Source: an uncultured delta proteobacterium
GTDB lineage: Bacteria; Bdellovibrionota; FAC87; UBA2466
Direction: 5' to 3'
DNA length: 64,000 nt
NCBI GenBank assembly: GCA_963778115.1
Contig: CAVZSV010000005.1
Span: forward strand, 448,001-512,000
The position numbers and the translations under genes were made by a program. Below the pieces are notes generated by a model. The model was given only the letters and a program-made list of their open reading frames with translations. It did not search any database and was not told the origin of the DNA. Below are positions 26,475-35,937 of this stretch, one piece after another. Every line of letters begins with the position of its first letter. Within the stretch, counting starts at the first letter, position 1.

Positions 26475-27308
26475 CTAGTTCGCAACCGTTCTCACCGCGC
26501 GAAATCGGATAAGAAGAGCCCCCGAAAGAATTACCATCCAAGCGATCTGAAGCCATAAAATAAACATGGGGATGACGGAGAGTACTCCATAAATCTTGTG
26601 AACATTAACCGCATAGCTATTGTAAAGGCCGAACAAGAACCGCACGATTTCAGAAACTGGCCCCACCACAACGGCGGCCCTGAGAGCCTCTTTCCACGGG
26701 ACCGGATTTCGCGGAATGAAATGGTAGACCAAAAAGAATACCATCACATCCACCGTAAGAGGGATAAGAAGCGCAAAATAGGATCCCACCGTGCCCAAAT
26801 CAAAAACATAGCGCAACCAAGAGTCCCTTCGGATCCATTGACTGACGACGAGAGAAAGTGTCAACGCAATCGGCAAGCCCAACATGACGACAAGCCGGCG
26901 TAGGGTGAGCTTGAACATGTTCCAATGCGTCGTTGGAATCTCAATCGCCGTTCCCAGAATCATATCTAAGCTCTGTCCAAAACGAACGATTAGACTTGCT
27001 ACGGTATAGAGTAAAACCAAAAGACCAATCCACCCCCAGCTACTGCCTTCAATCTGAGAGGTCAGAACGTCAAATTGATGGAGAAAGCTTGCCGAAGACG
27101 AGACATTTAGATTTCCTAAAATGTATTGTTTGCTAAGCTCAAGCCACCGTTCGGTAACGCCGATGCCGTGAAGATACCAAAAGAAAAGTCCTAGCAAAGG
27201 AACAATGGCCAGCATCGTATGGTAGGCAAGGGCAGCAGCTCGTATCGGTATTTCAGAACGTCTAAACCTGTCGGCGTATATTCTTAGTCGGTCTTGGAAG
27301 ACTGGCAC
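26475..27308 (-). CDS. YihY/virulence factor BrkB family membrane protein
   Basis: AAALAYHTMLAIVP and IYGVLSVIPMFILWLQIAWMVILSGA; six TM segments. Confidence 0.92.
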   Translation of the reverse strand: MPVFQDRLRIYADRFRRSEIPIRAAALAYHTMLAIVPLLGLFFWYLHGIGVTERWLELSKQYILGNLNVSSSASFLHQFDVLTSQIEGSSWGWIGLLVLLYTVASLIVRFGQSLDMILGTAIEIPTTHWNMFKLTLRRLVVMLGLPIALTLSLVVSQWIRRDSWLRYVFDLGTVGSYFALLIPLTVDVMVFFLVYHFIPRNPVPWKEALRAAVVVGPVSEIVRFLFGLYNSYAVNVHKIYGVLSVIPMFILWLQIAWMVILSGALLIRFRAVRTVAN

Positions 27309-27946
27309 AAGCGCCCCAATTCTTCACAGAAGCGTTCCCACAAAGGAAGTTCAATGGATAGTAACCGTTGCTTCTGGCCACTCACCACCGGGTTCTCTTC
27401 GAAATCTTTCCCGTGCCGCTCTTCCTGCGCCAGAATCCGCCGCAGTGTCCGTTTGACATGATCGTTTTGAGTAAGCGCTAAATAGCGGGGATAGACCTGC
27501 ATCACCCGTTGCTCCACCACCCAACTCACTATGGGATAGCAATGGGTCGCCTGAACCTCTTGCGACGCCAGCCGATCTAGCTCGCTAAAATAGTGCCATC
27601 CGATTCGCCCCATCACCGACTCTTTCCAACTCGTCTGGGCACCTCCCAACTTCACGGCGAGCTGCTTTAGCAGATGGGCGTGGGAAGCCTCTTCGGCCGC
27701 ATGCTGAAGCACTGACAAAGAGACATTCTCAAAAGCGACCGCTTTGGCAATTTTTCGAAAACCCACATATTCGAGCTGACTCAGCAAATCTATCCACTGA
27801 CATTCTAGCCAAGGATCGCAGACCAAGTGCCGCAGGGTTTGATCCCATGGCTGGGCCCCTTCCCCGAGCTCCGTACGTTCGAGCTGTGTTCTGGATGGTG
27901 TGCTCAAATGTCCTCTGGGATCAGGTTGTGGGGTAACTCTCATCAT
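27284..27946 (-). CDS. bioE: Ferritin-like diiron protein, BioE-like (putative pimelate-generating oxygenase)
   Basis: Ligand pattern LSQLEYVGFRKI / HAAEEASH / VEQR / QEERH; ATGA overlap with the bioA stop. Confidence 0.6.
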   Translation of the reverse strand: MMRVTPQPDPRGHLSTPSRTQLERTELGEGAQPWDQTLRHLVCDPWLECQWIDLLSQLEYVGFRKIAKAVAFENVSLSVLQHAAEEASHAHLLKQLAVKLGGAQTSWKESVMGRIGWHYFSELDRLASQEVQATHCYPIVSWVVEQRVMQVYPRYLALTQNDHVKRTLRRILAQEERHGKDFEENPVVSGQKQRLLSIELPLWERFCEELGRLCQSSKTD

Positions 27947-29280
27947 AAAGGTTCGTTCTGTAGCGCAGAATATAGCACCGTAAAGAAGTCCTGCAAGTCG
28001 GTTTCCGTGGTGCAGTACGGAGGAATGACATAGAGCACCTGATTTAAGGGGCGTATCCAAAATCCTTCGTTCCAAAGCCTTTTGGCTATCTTCCACCCCG
28101 GCCCATTGGCAGGGCTGTAGCACTCCTTGGTTACTTTGTCTTTGACCACTTCCAAGGCCCATACCATGCCAAGATGGCGAACATCACCCACCTGTTCAAG
28201 ATCCGTAAAACGAGGGGTCCACCGTCTCATCACGGCGGTAAGCTTTTTGTTTCTCTCTAAAACTCCCTCGGATTCAAAAATTCTTAGACTCTCTACGGCG
28301 ATCGCACACGACAGAGCGTTAGCGGTAAAGGTGTGGCCATGATAGAAGGTTTTCTCAATCCCTCCGCTAAAAGCGTCAAAGACTCTTGAAGTCACTACCG
28401 TAACCGCTAAGGGCATCATGCCGCTGGTGAGCCCTTTGGAGAGACAGACGATATCCGGCCGCCGACTCAGTTGCTCCATCGCAAACATCGTTCCCGTACG
28501 CCCGAATCCGGTAAACACTTCGTCGTAGATAACCAAAATATCGTTGGCTTCGCACGCCGCCACCAACTTTTCCAAGTATTCCTTCGGATAAGCAACCATT
28601 CCCCCTGCCCCCAGGATCAAAGGCTCAACGATCACAGCGGCAAGGGTAGAGGCCTCTTTTTCGATGGTTTTTAGAGTCTCGTCCAAACAGCGGACCTGAC
28701 AAGAGGGGTATGTCAGATTTAACGGACAGCGATAGCAGTAAGGGGCGGTGGCACGAACCACTGGAATTCGTATCCCTTCAAAGGCGGAATGAAACTGAGA
28801 TAAGTGACTTACCGAAACGGCTCCCATGGTATCGCCGTGGTACGCTCTTTCCATCGACAAAAAACGAGACTTTTCAGGTTTTCCTTTCAGCTGCCAGAAC
28901 TGAATCGCCATTTTGAGGGCCGCTTCAACCGCTGTGGATCCGTCGTCAGAAAAAAAAACTCGCTCAAAGGGTTCTCCCAATACCTCAAGCAATCCAGACG
29001 CCAGTTCGAGTGCCACCGGATGTCCGTGCGGCGCAAACATAACCTGATCGAGAATTCGCGCCTGTTTGCAGAGCGCTTCTACTAACCGGGGGTGGCAATG
29101 GCCGTGAATATTGCACCACCAACTACTGGTAGCATCGTAAAGCCGCTTTCCCCCTTCGTCATACACAAAGGCTCCTTCGGCGCGCACGATCTGAGCCGGA
29201 GGGGTCGTAAGCGGATAGCTGGTAAACGGGTGCCAGACAGAATTATCGGAAAAGGTCTGTTTCTTACTTCCCTTGCTCAC
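27943..29280 (-). CDS. bioA: Adenosylmethionine-8-amino-7-oxononanoate aminotransferase
   Basis: WHPFT, SSWWCNIHGH, DDGSTAVEAALKMA, YHGDT, DEVFTGFGRTG, SKGLTSG, HGHTF. Confidence 0.97.
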   Translation of the reverse strand: MSKGSKKQTFSDNSVWHPFTSYPLTTPPAQIVRAEGAFVYDEGGKRLYDATSSWWCNIHGHCHPRLVEALCKQARILDQVMFAPHGHPVALELASGLLEVLGEPFERVFFSDDGSTAVEAALKMAIQFWQLKGKPEKSRFLSMERAYHGDTMGAVSVSHLSQFHSAFEGIRIPVVRATAPYCYRCPLNLTYPSCQVRCLDETLKTIEKEASTLAAVIVEPLILGAGGMVAYPKEYLEKLVAACEANDILVIYDEVFTGFGRTGTMFAMEQLSRRPDIVCLSKGLTSGMMPLAVTVVTSRVFDAFSGGIEKTFYHGHTFTANALSCAIAVESLRIFESEGVLERNKKLTAVMRRWTPRFTDLEQVGDVRHLGMVWALEVVKDKVTKECYSPANGPGWKIAKRLWNEGFWIRPLNQVLYVIPPYCTTETDLQDFFTVLYSALQNEPL

Positions 29281-29305
29281 TTCGCTGGCTCACTTCCCTG
29301 GCTCA

Positions 29306-29974
29306 TTAACTAGGCAGTGTTTGAATATCGAACAGCTGACGAAGTCTATCGTTCGCGGACACTTGGGCCACGATCATGCGCGAGTCTTCCGTGGGATCGA
29401 ACTCGGCTAGGATCTCCACCTTTCCAAATTGGGCGATGGCTTGAGCATTTCCCAAAGTTTTGCGGGCTTTCGTAAGGATGACGCCCAGAGTGGGAATGTT
29501 TTCCGTTCTAAGCGCATTCAAGGTCAGTAAAGTCTGATTGATAGCTCCCACTCGATCTTCACTGACTAACAAGACCGGAAGTCCCAGATCTTTGACAAGA
29601 CGTATCTGAAGATACTCTTCGTTAAGAGGGACCAAAATTCCGCCCGCACCCTCAACGATTGCAAAATGCTTTTTCTCGACGATTTCCGAAAAGGCTTTCT
29701 TAAGGAGTTGAGGCTCTACCGTTTTTCCCCACTTCTGGGCCGCCATATGAGGAGAAAGTGGCTCCGGAAATCGATAACAAGGTTCCCAGCAAGCATCGGC
29801 AGGAAGAGTAGAAAACGCACGGACGGCCTTGGTATCATCGCCCACTATCGTGCCAGTCTGAACTGGCTTCCAGTAGACGGCCTTCTTGGGAGTGTGCAGA
29901 AGTTTAAGAAGTCCCGCACAGATTACCGTTTTGCCTACTCCGGTGTCAGTTCCAATTACGAAAACGCCGTTCAT
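29306..29974 (-). CDS. bioD: Dethiobiotin synthase
   Basis: GTDTGVGKT, WKPVQTG, SPH, VEGAGG, GAINQT; ATGA overlap with bioF. Confidence 0.96.
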   Translation of the reverse strand: MNGVFVIGTDTGVGKTVICAGLLKLLHTPKKAVYWKPVQTGTIVGDDTKAVRAFSTLPADACWEPCYRFPEPLSPHMAAQKWGKTVEPQLLKKAFSEIVEKKHFAIVEGAGGILVPLNEEYLQIRLVKDLGLPVLLVSEDRVGAINQTLLTLNALRTENIPTLGVILTKARKTLGNAQAIAQFGKVEILAEFDPTEDSRMIVAQVSANDRLRQLFDIQTLPS

Positions 29975-31104
29975 GATATCGTCCATTGCCTTAAGAGTTC
30001 TTGAGCCATGGCTTCCGTATTCTCACGACTAATATGAAGACTCAAAGAGATGCGTATTCGTTCTTGGCCGCGAGGTATCGTGGGATACCGGATCGCTCTA
30101 AGCTCAATGCCGGACTTTCGCATATTTTTACAAAATCTTAAAGCGTTATCCTCACCCGGAATGAGAAACGCAATGATAGGGGAACGCTCATTCCAGATGG
30201 AGTCGCCCTTAGGTTTAACTAGCTGGCCGCAGGGGGCTAAGATCTTTCTAACGGTAACGGCTCGCTCCCATAACTCTTTGCGCTGTGCGGTTGCTTGGCT
30301 AGCTACCTTTAGAGCGGCAGTAACCATTGCCGGAACCGCGGGAGAAGGAGCTGTCGTGTAAATAAAAGAGCGCCCCCGATTGATCAGTAACTCTTTCACG
30401 GCCTTCGAACAAAGAACGGCGGCACCCGCTACGCCGAAGGCTTTTCCAAACGTTACCGTGACGGCAACCTGATTCCAATCGAGCGGGGTTCCCTCTAAAA
30501 GCCCTCTACCGGTCTGCGAAAAGACCCCCGCCGCGTGCGCTTCGTCAAAGATCCAAAAGGTCTCGTTATCGCGCCCCACGGCAAAAAGACCCTCGCTATC
30601 CATCACATCCCCGTCCATGCTAAAAAGCGATTCGCTGATTACGAGTTGCCGTTGGTGGGAATTCGAAACGAATTGCCGCCACTTGCCGTGAGGAATGACT
30701 TCGTAGGGGACCGCACTAAGCCGAATGGGGTCGATGAGACTTGCATGGTTTTTTTCGTCAGAGAGAATGACCTGTGAAAGGGGGGCCAGTGTCTGGACAA
30801 GACTCGAATTCGCCAAAAAGCCCGATGAGAAAAAAAGTGCGGCGGGGCTTCCAAAAAAGTCACTTATCGCCTCTTCGACCTGTTCGAAAACCCGGCTTTG
30901 GCCACCTAATAGACGAGAACCTCGGCTTCCCGAGCCAAAGACCTTAAGCGCCCAAATTCCCGCTTCGATGATCTCAGGGTGGCCGGAGAGCGCCAAATAG
31001 TCATTATGAATAAAAGAAATCCCTTCGGAGGGGGCCAGTTCTCGGTAAAGGCCTTGGGCCCTGAGGTCCGTTAGGATCGCTTCTATCTGATGGTGAAAGG
31101 CCAT
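29971..31104 (-). CDS. bioF: 8-amino-7-oxononanoate synthase
   Basis: NDYLAL, GSRLLGG, NHASLID, SMDGD, DEAHA, TFGKAFG. The start is set at ATG 31104 to avoid overlap with the divergent gene. Confidence 0.95.
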   Translation of the reverse strand: MAFHHQIEAILTDLRAQGLYRELAPSEGISFIHNDYLALSGHPEIIEAGIWALKVFGSGSRGSRLLGGQSRVFEQVEEAISDFFGSPAALFFSSGFLANSSLVQTLAPLSQVILSDEKNHASLIDPIRLSAVPYEVIPHGKWRQFVSNSHQRQLVISESLFSMDGDVMDSEGLFAVGRDNETFWIFDEAHAAGVFSQTGRGLLEGTPLDWNQVAVTVTFGKAFGVAGAAVLCSKAVKELLINRGRSFIYTTAPSPAVPAMVTAALKVASQATAQRKELWERAVTVRKILAPCGQLVKPKGDSIWNERSPIIAFLIPGEDNALRFCKNMRKSGIELRAIRYPTIPRGQERIRISLSLHISRENTEAMAQELLRQWTIS

Positions 31105-31153
31105 TTCCGGAATGTGGCATGAGGACGTTAAAAAGGGTAGAAGAAGTCCGCAT

Positions 31154-31885
31154 ATGGAATTAGCCGCAAAACATGTCCTAATTACAGGAGCCGCCAAGCG
31201 AATCGGGAGACATATCGCTGAGGCACTGCTCAAAAAAGGGGCTAGACTCTCTGCCCACTACCACCATTCCCAAGAAGGGATACAGGAGCTAGTTCAACTG
31301 GGAGAGCGTTTAGCAAATCCTGTCACCGCCATTCAAGCCGACTTGCGAGATACCGAAGCCATCAAAAAATCGGTCCATTTCGCCATTGATAAGAAAGGGC
31401 CTGTCGAAATTCTAATTAACGGAGCTAGTGTTTTTTACCCGACCCCTTCCGCTCAATGCACAGAGCCTCAGTGGGATGACCTAATGAACGTCAATTTGCG
31501 CGGCCAATTCTTTTTTGCCGTAGCGGTAGCTTCATCGATGAGTTCAAAGGGGGGGGTCATTCTTAATATTGCTGATGTGCATGCTTCCAAACCCATTCGC
31601 AACTACACCCCTTATGCGGCATCCAAGGCCGGACTGATTATGATGACCCGAAACCTCGCTAAAGAATGGGCCCCCTACATTAGAGTTAACTCCATTAGTC
31701 CCGGTCCCGTTCTATTACCCCAAAACTACAGCCCCCAACAAAGAGCTCGTTCGGCCGAACGCACGTTACTAAAGAGAATCGGATCTCCGGAGGATATTTT
31801 ACAAGCGGTACTTTTTCTAATCGGAAATGACTACATTACCGGGTTTGATTTGAAAGTAGATGGGGGTAGATCGCTCGTGGAGTGA
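31154..31885 (+). CDS. Pteridine reductase-like SDR (FolM/PTR1 family)
   Basis: TGAAKRIG, ASVFYPT, YAASK, RVNSISPG, VDGGR. Confidence 0.88.
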   Translation: MELAAKHVLITGAAKRIGRHIAEALLKKGARLSAHYHHSQEGIQELVQLGERLANPVTAIQADLRDTEAIKKSVHFAIDKKGPVEILINGASVFYPTPSAQCTEPQWDDLMNVNLRGQFFFAVAVASSMSSKGGVILNIADVHASKPIRNYTPYAASKAGLIMMTRNLAKEWAPYIRVNSISPGPVLLPQNYSPQQRARSAERTLLKRIGSPEDILQAVLFLIGNDYITGFDLKVDGGRSLVE

Positions 31886-31903
31886 AAGCGGCCAAGGCAC
31901 TTG

Positions 31904-33469
31904 CTATTTGGTCTGATCAAAGCGCTTCGCCCAATCGGAAAGAGCAGGAATCTGAGCACTGGAAAGCGTCCACAGCACGGCGAATGATTGTGTCATGGCT
32001 GTAAAATTCCCTTCGAGGTCGGGACTCCGCAGGGCCAATTTCATGGCCTGGTTTTGCTTGTCGAGATAGGCCAATACGAACCGCGGAAAACGTTTTTCAA
32101 TATCTTCGTCAGTCACAAAGCCGTGTGTCCAAATCTCTCTAAGCCACCGATGGTCCATGCGATCAGGCCCCAGATCGAGCATCGCTGTTGCCAGGGGTTG
32201 GAAGAACCTCCGACGAACCTGCTCCCAATGCGCCTTTGTCGATTGCCCCGCTTTGACCGCCTCTTCGGAACGTTGCAAAGACGCTAGAAACTGCGCTTGT
32301 AACGATAGGGCCAGTACCGGATAATTTTTCGCGGCGTCGACGAGGGGTTTTCTCGCTCTGTCAGACAGAAACACGACATCGGGGGTAAGGCTAAGCGCTA
32401 CGGCATCGGCAAGGGCGGCTTGCGTTGTTGTCGCTCCCAATACTTTTAGGGCTTCGGCCCATACTTTCTGCAACGAAGTAATGTTAAGTGCTTTTCCGTT
32501 AAGAAGTGTGGCCAGCGCTTCGTTAAGTTCCAGCGCCCCAGGCTCCAGACTTTCATTTCCACCGATGGCCGCTTTGATGCCCGCAAAGACGGCTTTTAAT
32601 AACTCGTCCTGATTTCCCTCACTATAGATGTTCTTTGCCTTTTGAACACCGCGGTTTAAAGCCCCCGCCGAAAGATTAAAAGAGGCGACTAGCCCGGGAT
32701 CAACTAACGTTGCCACTCCTAAGGTGCGAAATATTTTGGCCAGACTATCGGCCAATGCCAGCTGCGCCATGTCTTCGACCTGAGAAGCGAGTTCGGAAGC
32801 AATGGCACTTTCTTCTACCCCCATGCGATCCAACGTCTGCGCGATAGAGTTTGCGGTTAACGATCTTTGGGCGTCGGTTTTGTCCTGCGAAAGCAATTGG
32901 TCGGCGGCATACAACTCTTTCTCGATCAAATTTACCATGGCATAACGTGCGGCATCCGGGCTTAACAAGGCAAGTTGCCCTACGATAGGCAACATTTCAT
33001 TGGAGCTAAGGGGGCTGTCTCGCAGCATATTGGGAATTTCAGTCTGCACCAAATTGTCGATCTTTTTCCAGCTCGCCAAATCTTCGTAGGACATTCCCTT
33101 GGCAAAAGGCTCAAGCTTGATGGGACCGGAACTGCTAAAGTGAACTCCTTTTAGAAGCGCCACTTGCGCAATGATTCGTCCTGATTCGGCGCATGCCGGG
33201 GAGCTAAGATAAGAGACCATGCCTCTAAAATCATAGGCCTCTCCGTTAGCGAAGTCCGCGAGTGATTCAGGATCGACGGAGCAGCCGCCCGCCCCCTGCC
33301 GCCCGCGACTGCTAGGACTTGCGATCGGTTTTTGCGAAGGCCCTCCCCCATTGTCATCATGGTCGCCCTTTGCCAAGCTTACGGCATTAAAAGCGATGAC
33401 AAGAAATAGTCCGGTCCTAAAAAGGGCTCGACCTTGAGAGCACATTAAATGAAAAATTCTTGGCATCAT
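31904..33469 (-). CDS. Exported all-helical hypothetical protein
   Basis: 521-aa ORF with a signal-like N-terminus; Ala/Leu-rich; 1-nt overlap with the upstream gene. Confidence 0.75.
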   Translation of the reverse strand: MMPRIFHLMCSQGRALFRTGLFLVIAFNAVSLAKGDHDDNGGGPSQKPIASPSSRGRQGAGGCSVDPESLADFANGEAYDFRGMVSYLSSPACAESGRIIAQVALLKGVHFSSSGPIKLEPFAKGMSYEDLASWKKIDNLVQTEIPNMLRDSPLSSNEMLPIVGQLALLSPDAARYAMVNLIEKELYAADQLLSQDKTDAQRSLTANSIAQTLDRMGVEESAIASELASQVEDMAQLALADSLAKIFRTLGVATLVDPGLVASFNLSAGALNRGVQKAKNIYSEGNQDELLKAVFAGIKAAIGGNESLEPGALELNEALATLLNGKALNITSLQKVWAEALKVLGATTTQAALADAVALSLTPDVVFLSDRARKPLVDAAKNYPVLALSLQAQFLASLQRSEEAVKAGQSTKAHWEQVRRRFFQPLATAMLDLGPDRMDHRWLREIWTHGFVTDEDIEKRFPRFVLAYLDKQNQAMKLALRSPDLEGNFTAMTQSFAVLWTLSSAQIPALSDWAKRFDQTK

Positions 33470-34620
33470 TATTTCACCGTAAAGACATACGACTTAATCA
33501 CCTTCGAGCCCGTGGACGATTTCACGCGACAAAAGTAGGTTCCCCGAGCCAGGTCCGTTGTCGGACATTTCGGTTCTGGCATGATTAAACTTTTTATAAT
33601 GTGGGCGAACTTAACGTCGCTAGCAATTTCCACCGGGTTATTGCTAGATAACGACCTGTCCTGGCCTGTAGAACGAAGCGGGACATCTTGAGTCATTAAG
33701 CCGCCCTTTTCCGTCATGGTAAACTGGCCTAAATCGGAAACAACTTCGGCGTTGCCTTTTTTGCCACGAACTCGCCAGTAGTAAGTACGCGGTTCGTCGA
33801 ATTGAATCAGAAGGTGGTTGGTTTTGCTGGAATGGTGTAGCACCTGCTTAAACTCAGAATCCCGAGAGACCTGCAGGACGTAAGAAACGTCTTTAAAGGG
33901 AAGCTTGGTCCAAGTCATAAGCATCCAGCGGTTCTTGGCTAAGTTGTATTTGTTAAGCGGGGGTCGGACGAGCCTGATCGAAAAATCCGAAAAATCGCTG
34001 GCAACAAATTCCTCGGGCGCTTTGGTTGGCCGAGCAGCCTCAAGGTCCACCGGAGTAAAAACTCGATCCAGCGTTCTTTGCTTAAGCTCAGACAAACGAA
34101 GTTCGAAATTGGCGACACCCTCGATGTAACTGCTTGCGCGTTTAATCTTGGCAAAGACGGGGATAATGGGAGCGGCTGGAGCTTCTTTGAGAATAATTTC
34201 CAAATCCTCCATCGTGCTCTGATCCACCTGAAACATAGTGTCCGGGGGAACGATGACCTTTTTCTTGTTGTCCAGGATGAGAGTGGCCGTGGTGTCCTTG
34301 GGGACGTAGATCACATCCTTCATGTAGACCTGTTCGTTCCCTTTAATATCGGACCAGGTGAGACTTTCGGAGTGGCGACGTCGCGCGACCCCTTTGACTT
34401 CGATGTTGCCCACTTTCGTTCCGTTTCGGATCCAATTGAGTGAAGGGGCGAAAAAAAGAAGATACGCGACAACACCAAGCGACACGATCGCCCCCACCAG
34501 AGCGATCTGGTCTTTCAGATCCCTCTCGGGTAAATCTTTCTGCCTCGGGGTTTCGGTCTTGCTATCGTCTTTACCCGTTAGCAGTTGGTGACTTTTTGTG
34601 TCTTTTTCTTTCTTTTCCAT
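33469..34620 (-). CDS. Membrane-anchored FecR-like domain protein with Fn3-like C-terminal domains
   Basis: TM helix, RRRHSESLTW...DVIYVPKDTTATLIL; YVLQVSRD...YYWRVRG and GTYFCRV. The start is uncertain (34620 or 34701). Confidence 0.7.
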   Translation of the reverse strand: MEKKEKDTKSHQLLTGKDDSKTETPRQKDLPERDLKDQIALVGAIVSLGVVAYLLFFAPSLNWIRNGTKVGNIEVKGVARRRHSESLTWSDIKGNEQVYMKDVIYVPKDTTATLILDNKKKVIVPPDTMFQVDQSTMEDLEIILKEAPAAPIIPVFAKIKRASSYIEGVANFELRLSELKQRTLDRVFTPVDLEAARPTKAPEEFVASDFSDFSIRLVRPPLNKYNLAKNRWMLMTWTKLPFKDVSYVLQVSRDSEFKQVLHHSSKTNHLLIQFDEPRTYYWRVRGKKGNAEVVSDLGQFTMTEKGGLMTQDVPLRSTGQDRSLSSNNPVEIASDVKFAHIIKSLIMPEPKCPTTDLARGTYFCRVKSSTGSKVIKSYVFTVK

Positions 34621-34719
34621 CGCTCGAGTTTCCAGATCTCTTTTCGGTAAAAACCCTAGCGAGAATGAGGATCTGCGCGGGAAATCGTAGTGCCATTGCA
34701 TCGCGGCGAGTTAAGACGA

Positions 34720-35181
34720 TTAATGCGTCCAAAAGCCTGGCATGGCGAGACTGGTCTTCGAAGTAAAGAGTGGATTTAGCTCGGTTTCCCGAGCCACTTT
34801 CACGTGGGCGTCGCTGGCGGCATTGCCACGGTGAATCACAATCTCGGGAGCACCATCTTCATCTTTGGCGATTTCTATCGCTGTGTCAGAGCCTAAAGTG
34901 ACCAGTCCCTTTTCTAATGCGAGACTCGCTTTCTGTCCTTTGCCCGTCACGATCTGATCCCCGATGAAAATTTGCGAATTCTTGGATTCGATCCACCTTA
35001 GCGATCGAGCGGGTAGCTGTTTCACCGGCGTATCACAAGACAAATGCCCCACGGAGTTGAAACTCGTTGTGGGCGATTTATGGCAGATGGCCACGATAAG
35101 TCCCATGACGAGCAGTATACTCAAGCGAACCAACCAACGGTCGTTTACCGCAATTTGATCCTTATTGAGTTGGGCTTGCAT
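34720..35181 (-). CDS. Short membrane-anchored FecR-like domain protein
   Basis: TM helix, ARSLRW...GDQIVTGKGQKASLAL...LGSDTAIEI; paralogous to the next gene. Confidence 0.65.
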   Translation of the reverse strand: MQAQLNKDQIAVNDRWLVRLSILLVMGLIVAICHKSPTTSFNSVGHLSCDTPVKQLPARSLRWIESKNSQIFIGDQIVTGKGQKASLALEKGLVTLGSDTAIEIAKDEDGAPEIVIHRGNAASDAHVKVARETELNPLFTSKTSLAMPGFWTH

Positions 35182-35380
35182 ATGGCTACTTCGGCAATCG
35201 GGACCAAAGCCTTTAACTCACTGTATTCTCAATGTTTTAACGCATGTGGACAAACCAATAACGTCACCGTGACCGAAAAAAGCCTTCAATTTTTGTCACC
35301 GAATCGATAAGCCCATACCGCTTGATGGGTTATGTTCCTAAAATAACTTCGGTTTGCCGTAATCCTCTAAAAAGCTGCCG

Positions 35381-35396
35381 TGGCATGGATGTTGCT
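35381..35396 (+). promoter_or_regulatory. Sigma54 -24/-12 promoter
   Basis: TGGCAT-GGATG-TTGCT, GG-N10-GC, upstream of the gene at 35480. Confidence 0.75.
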
Positions 35397-35479
35397 CAAC
35401 CTATACTTCGGTGGGTGGTTGGCGTTGGTGTTGCGGCTAAAGTTGTAGTGGTTGAAGTGGTCGTTTGTGGAGGTTGGAG

Positions 35480-35788
35480 ATGGCTAGCCGAGATAAGAGT
35501 CAGGGTTTTGGATTCGTGTACGTCGATTTAGCGAAGATTCTCGCTGAGAGAGACAAAATAGATCCTCAGAGCAACGCTCCTATTCATACTAAAGATGCGC
35601 CGGTAATCAATTTTAATAAGGACACGAATGTCCGTCCGATCGCAGAAACGCCTTCTCAAGATTCCAAAGATCGCACGACTGCCATTTCACAAATTCGTGA
35701 AAACCTCGATCGCTTGCAGTCCTTACATCACAAATTGCACGCGATGCTCGAAGAGCTGAGCAAGACTACCGACAAGAAAAAAAGATAA
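35480..35788 (+). CDS. Small hypothetical protein with a C-terminal coiled coil
   Basis: GGAGG RBS before the ATG at 35480; IRENLDRLQSLHHKLHAMLEEL helix. Confidence 0.75.
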   Translation: MASRDKSQGFGFVYVDLAKILAERDKIDPQSNAPIHTKDAPVINFNKDTNVRPIAETPSQDSKDRTTAISQIRENLDRLQSLHHKLHAMLEELSKTTDKKKR

Positions 35789-35937
35789 TTACGTTCCCGT
35801 TATTTTTTTAAGGGCCGTGCTAAAGAAAAACCGCTAACGCGGATTTTAGATTCAGTATAAGTATGAATATTTGCTGCATCTAAAATCCGAGAACGGGTTT
35901 TGCTCCCCTTCCTTCAGATCTGGTACAATCACCAGCG

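Noticed and set aside
27947..28162. N-terminal extension of the ferritin-like ORF, and similar extensions at 16193, 18766, 31233 and 47014
   Set aside because: They overlap well-supported neighbours; downstream ATGs with typical coupling or spacing fit better.
31105..31153. BirA operator before bioF
   Set aside because: No TGTAAAC...GTTTACA-like inverted repeat in the 49-bp gap.
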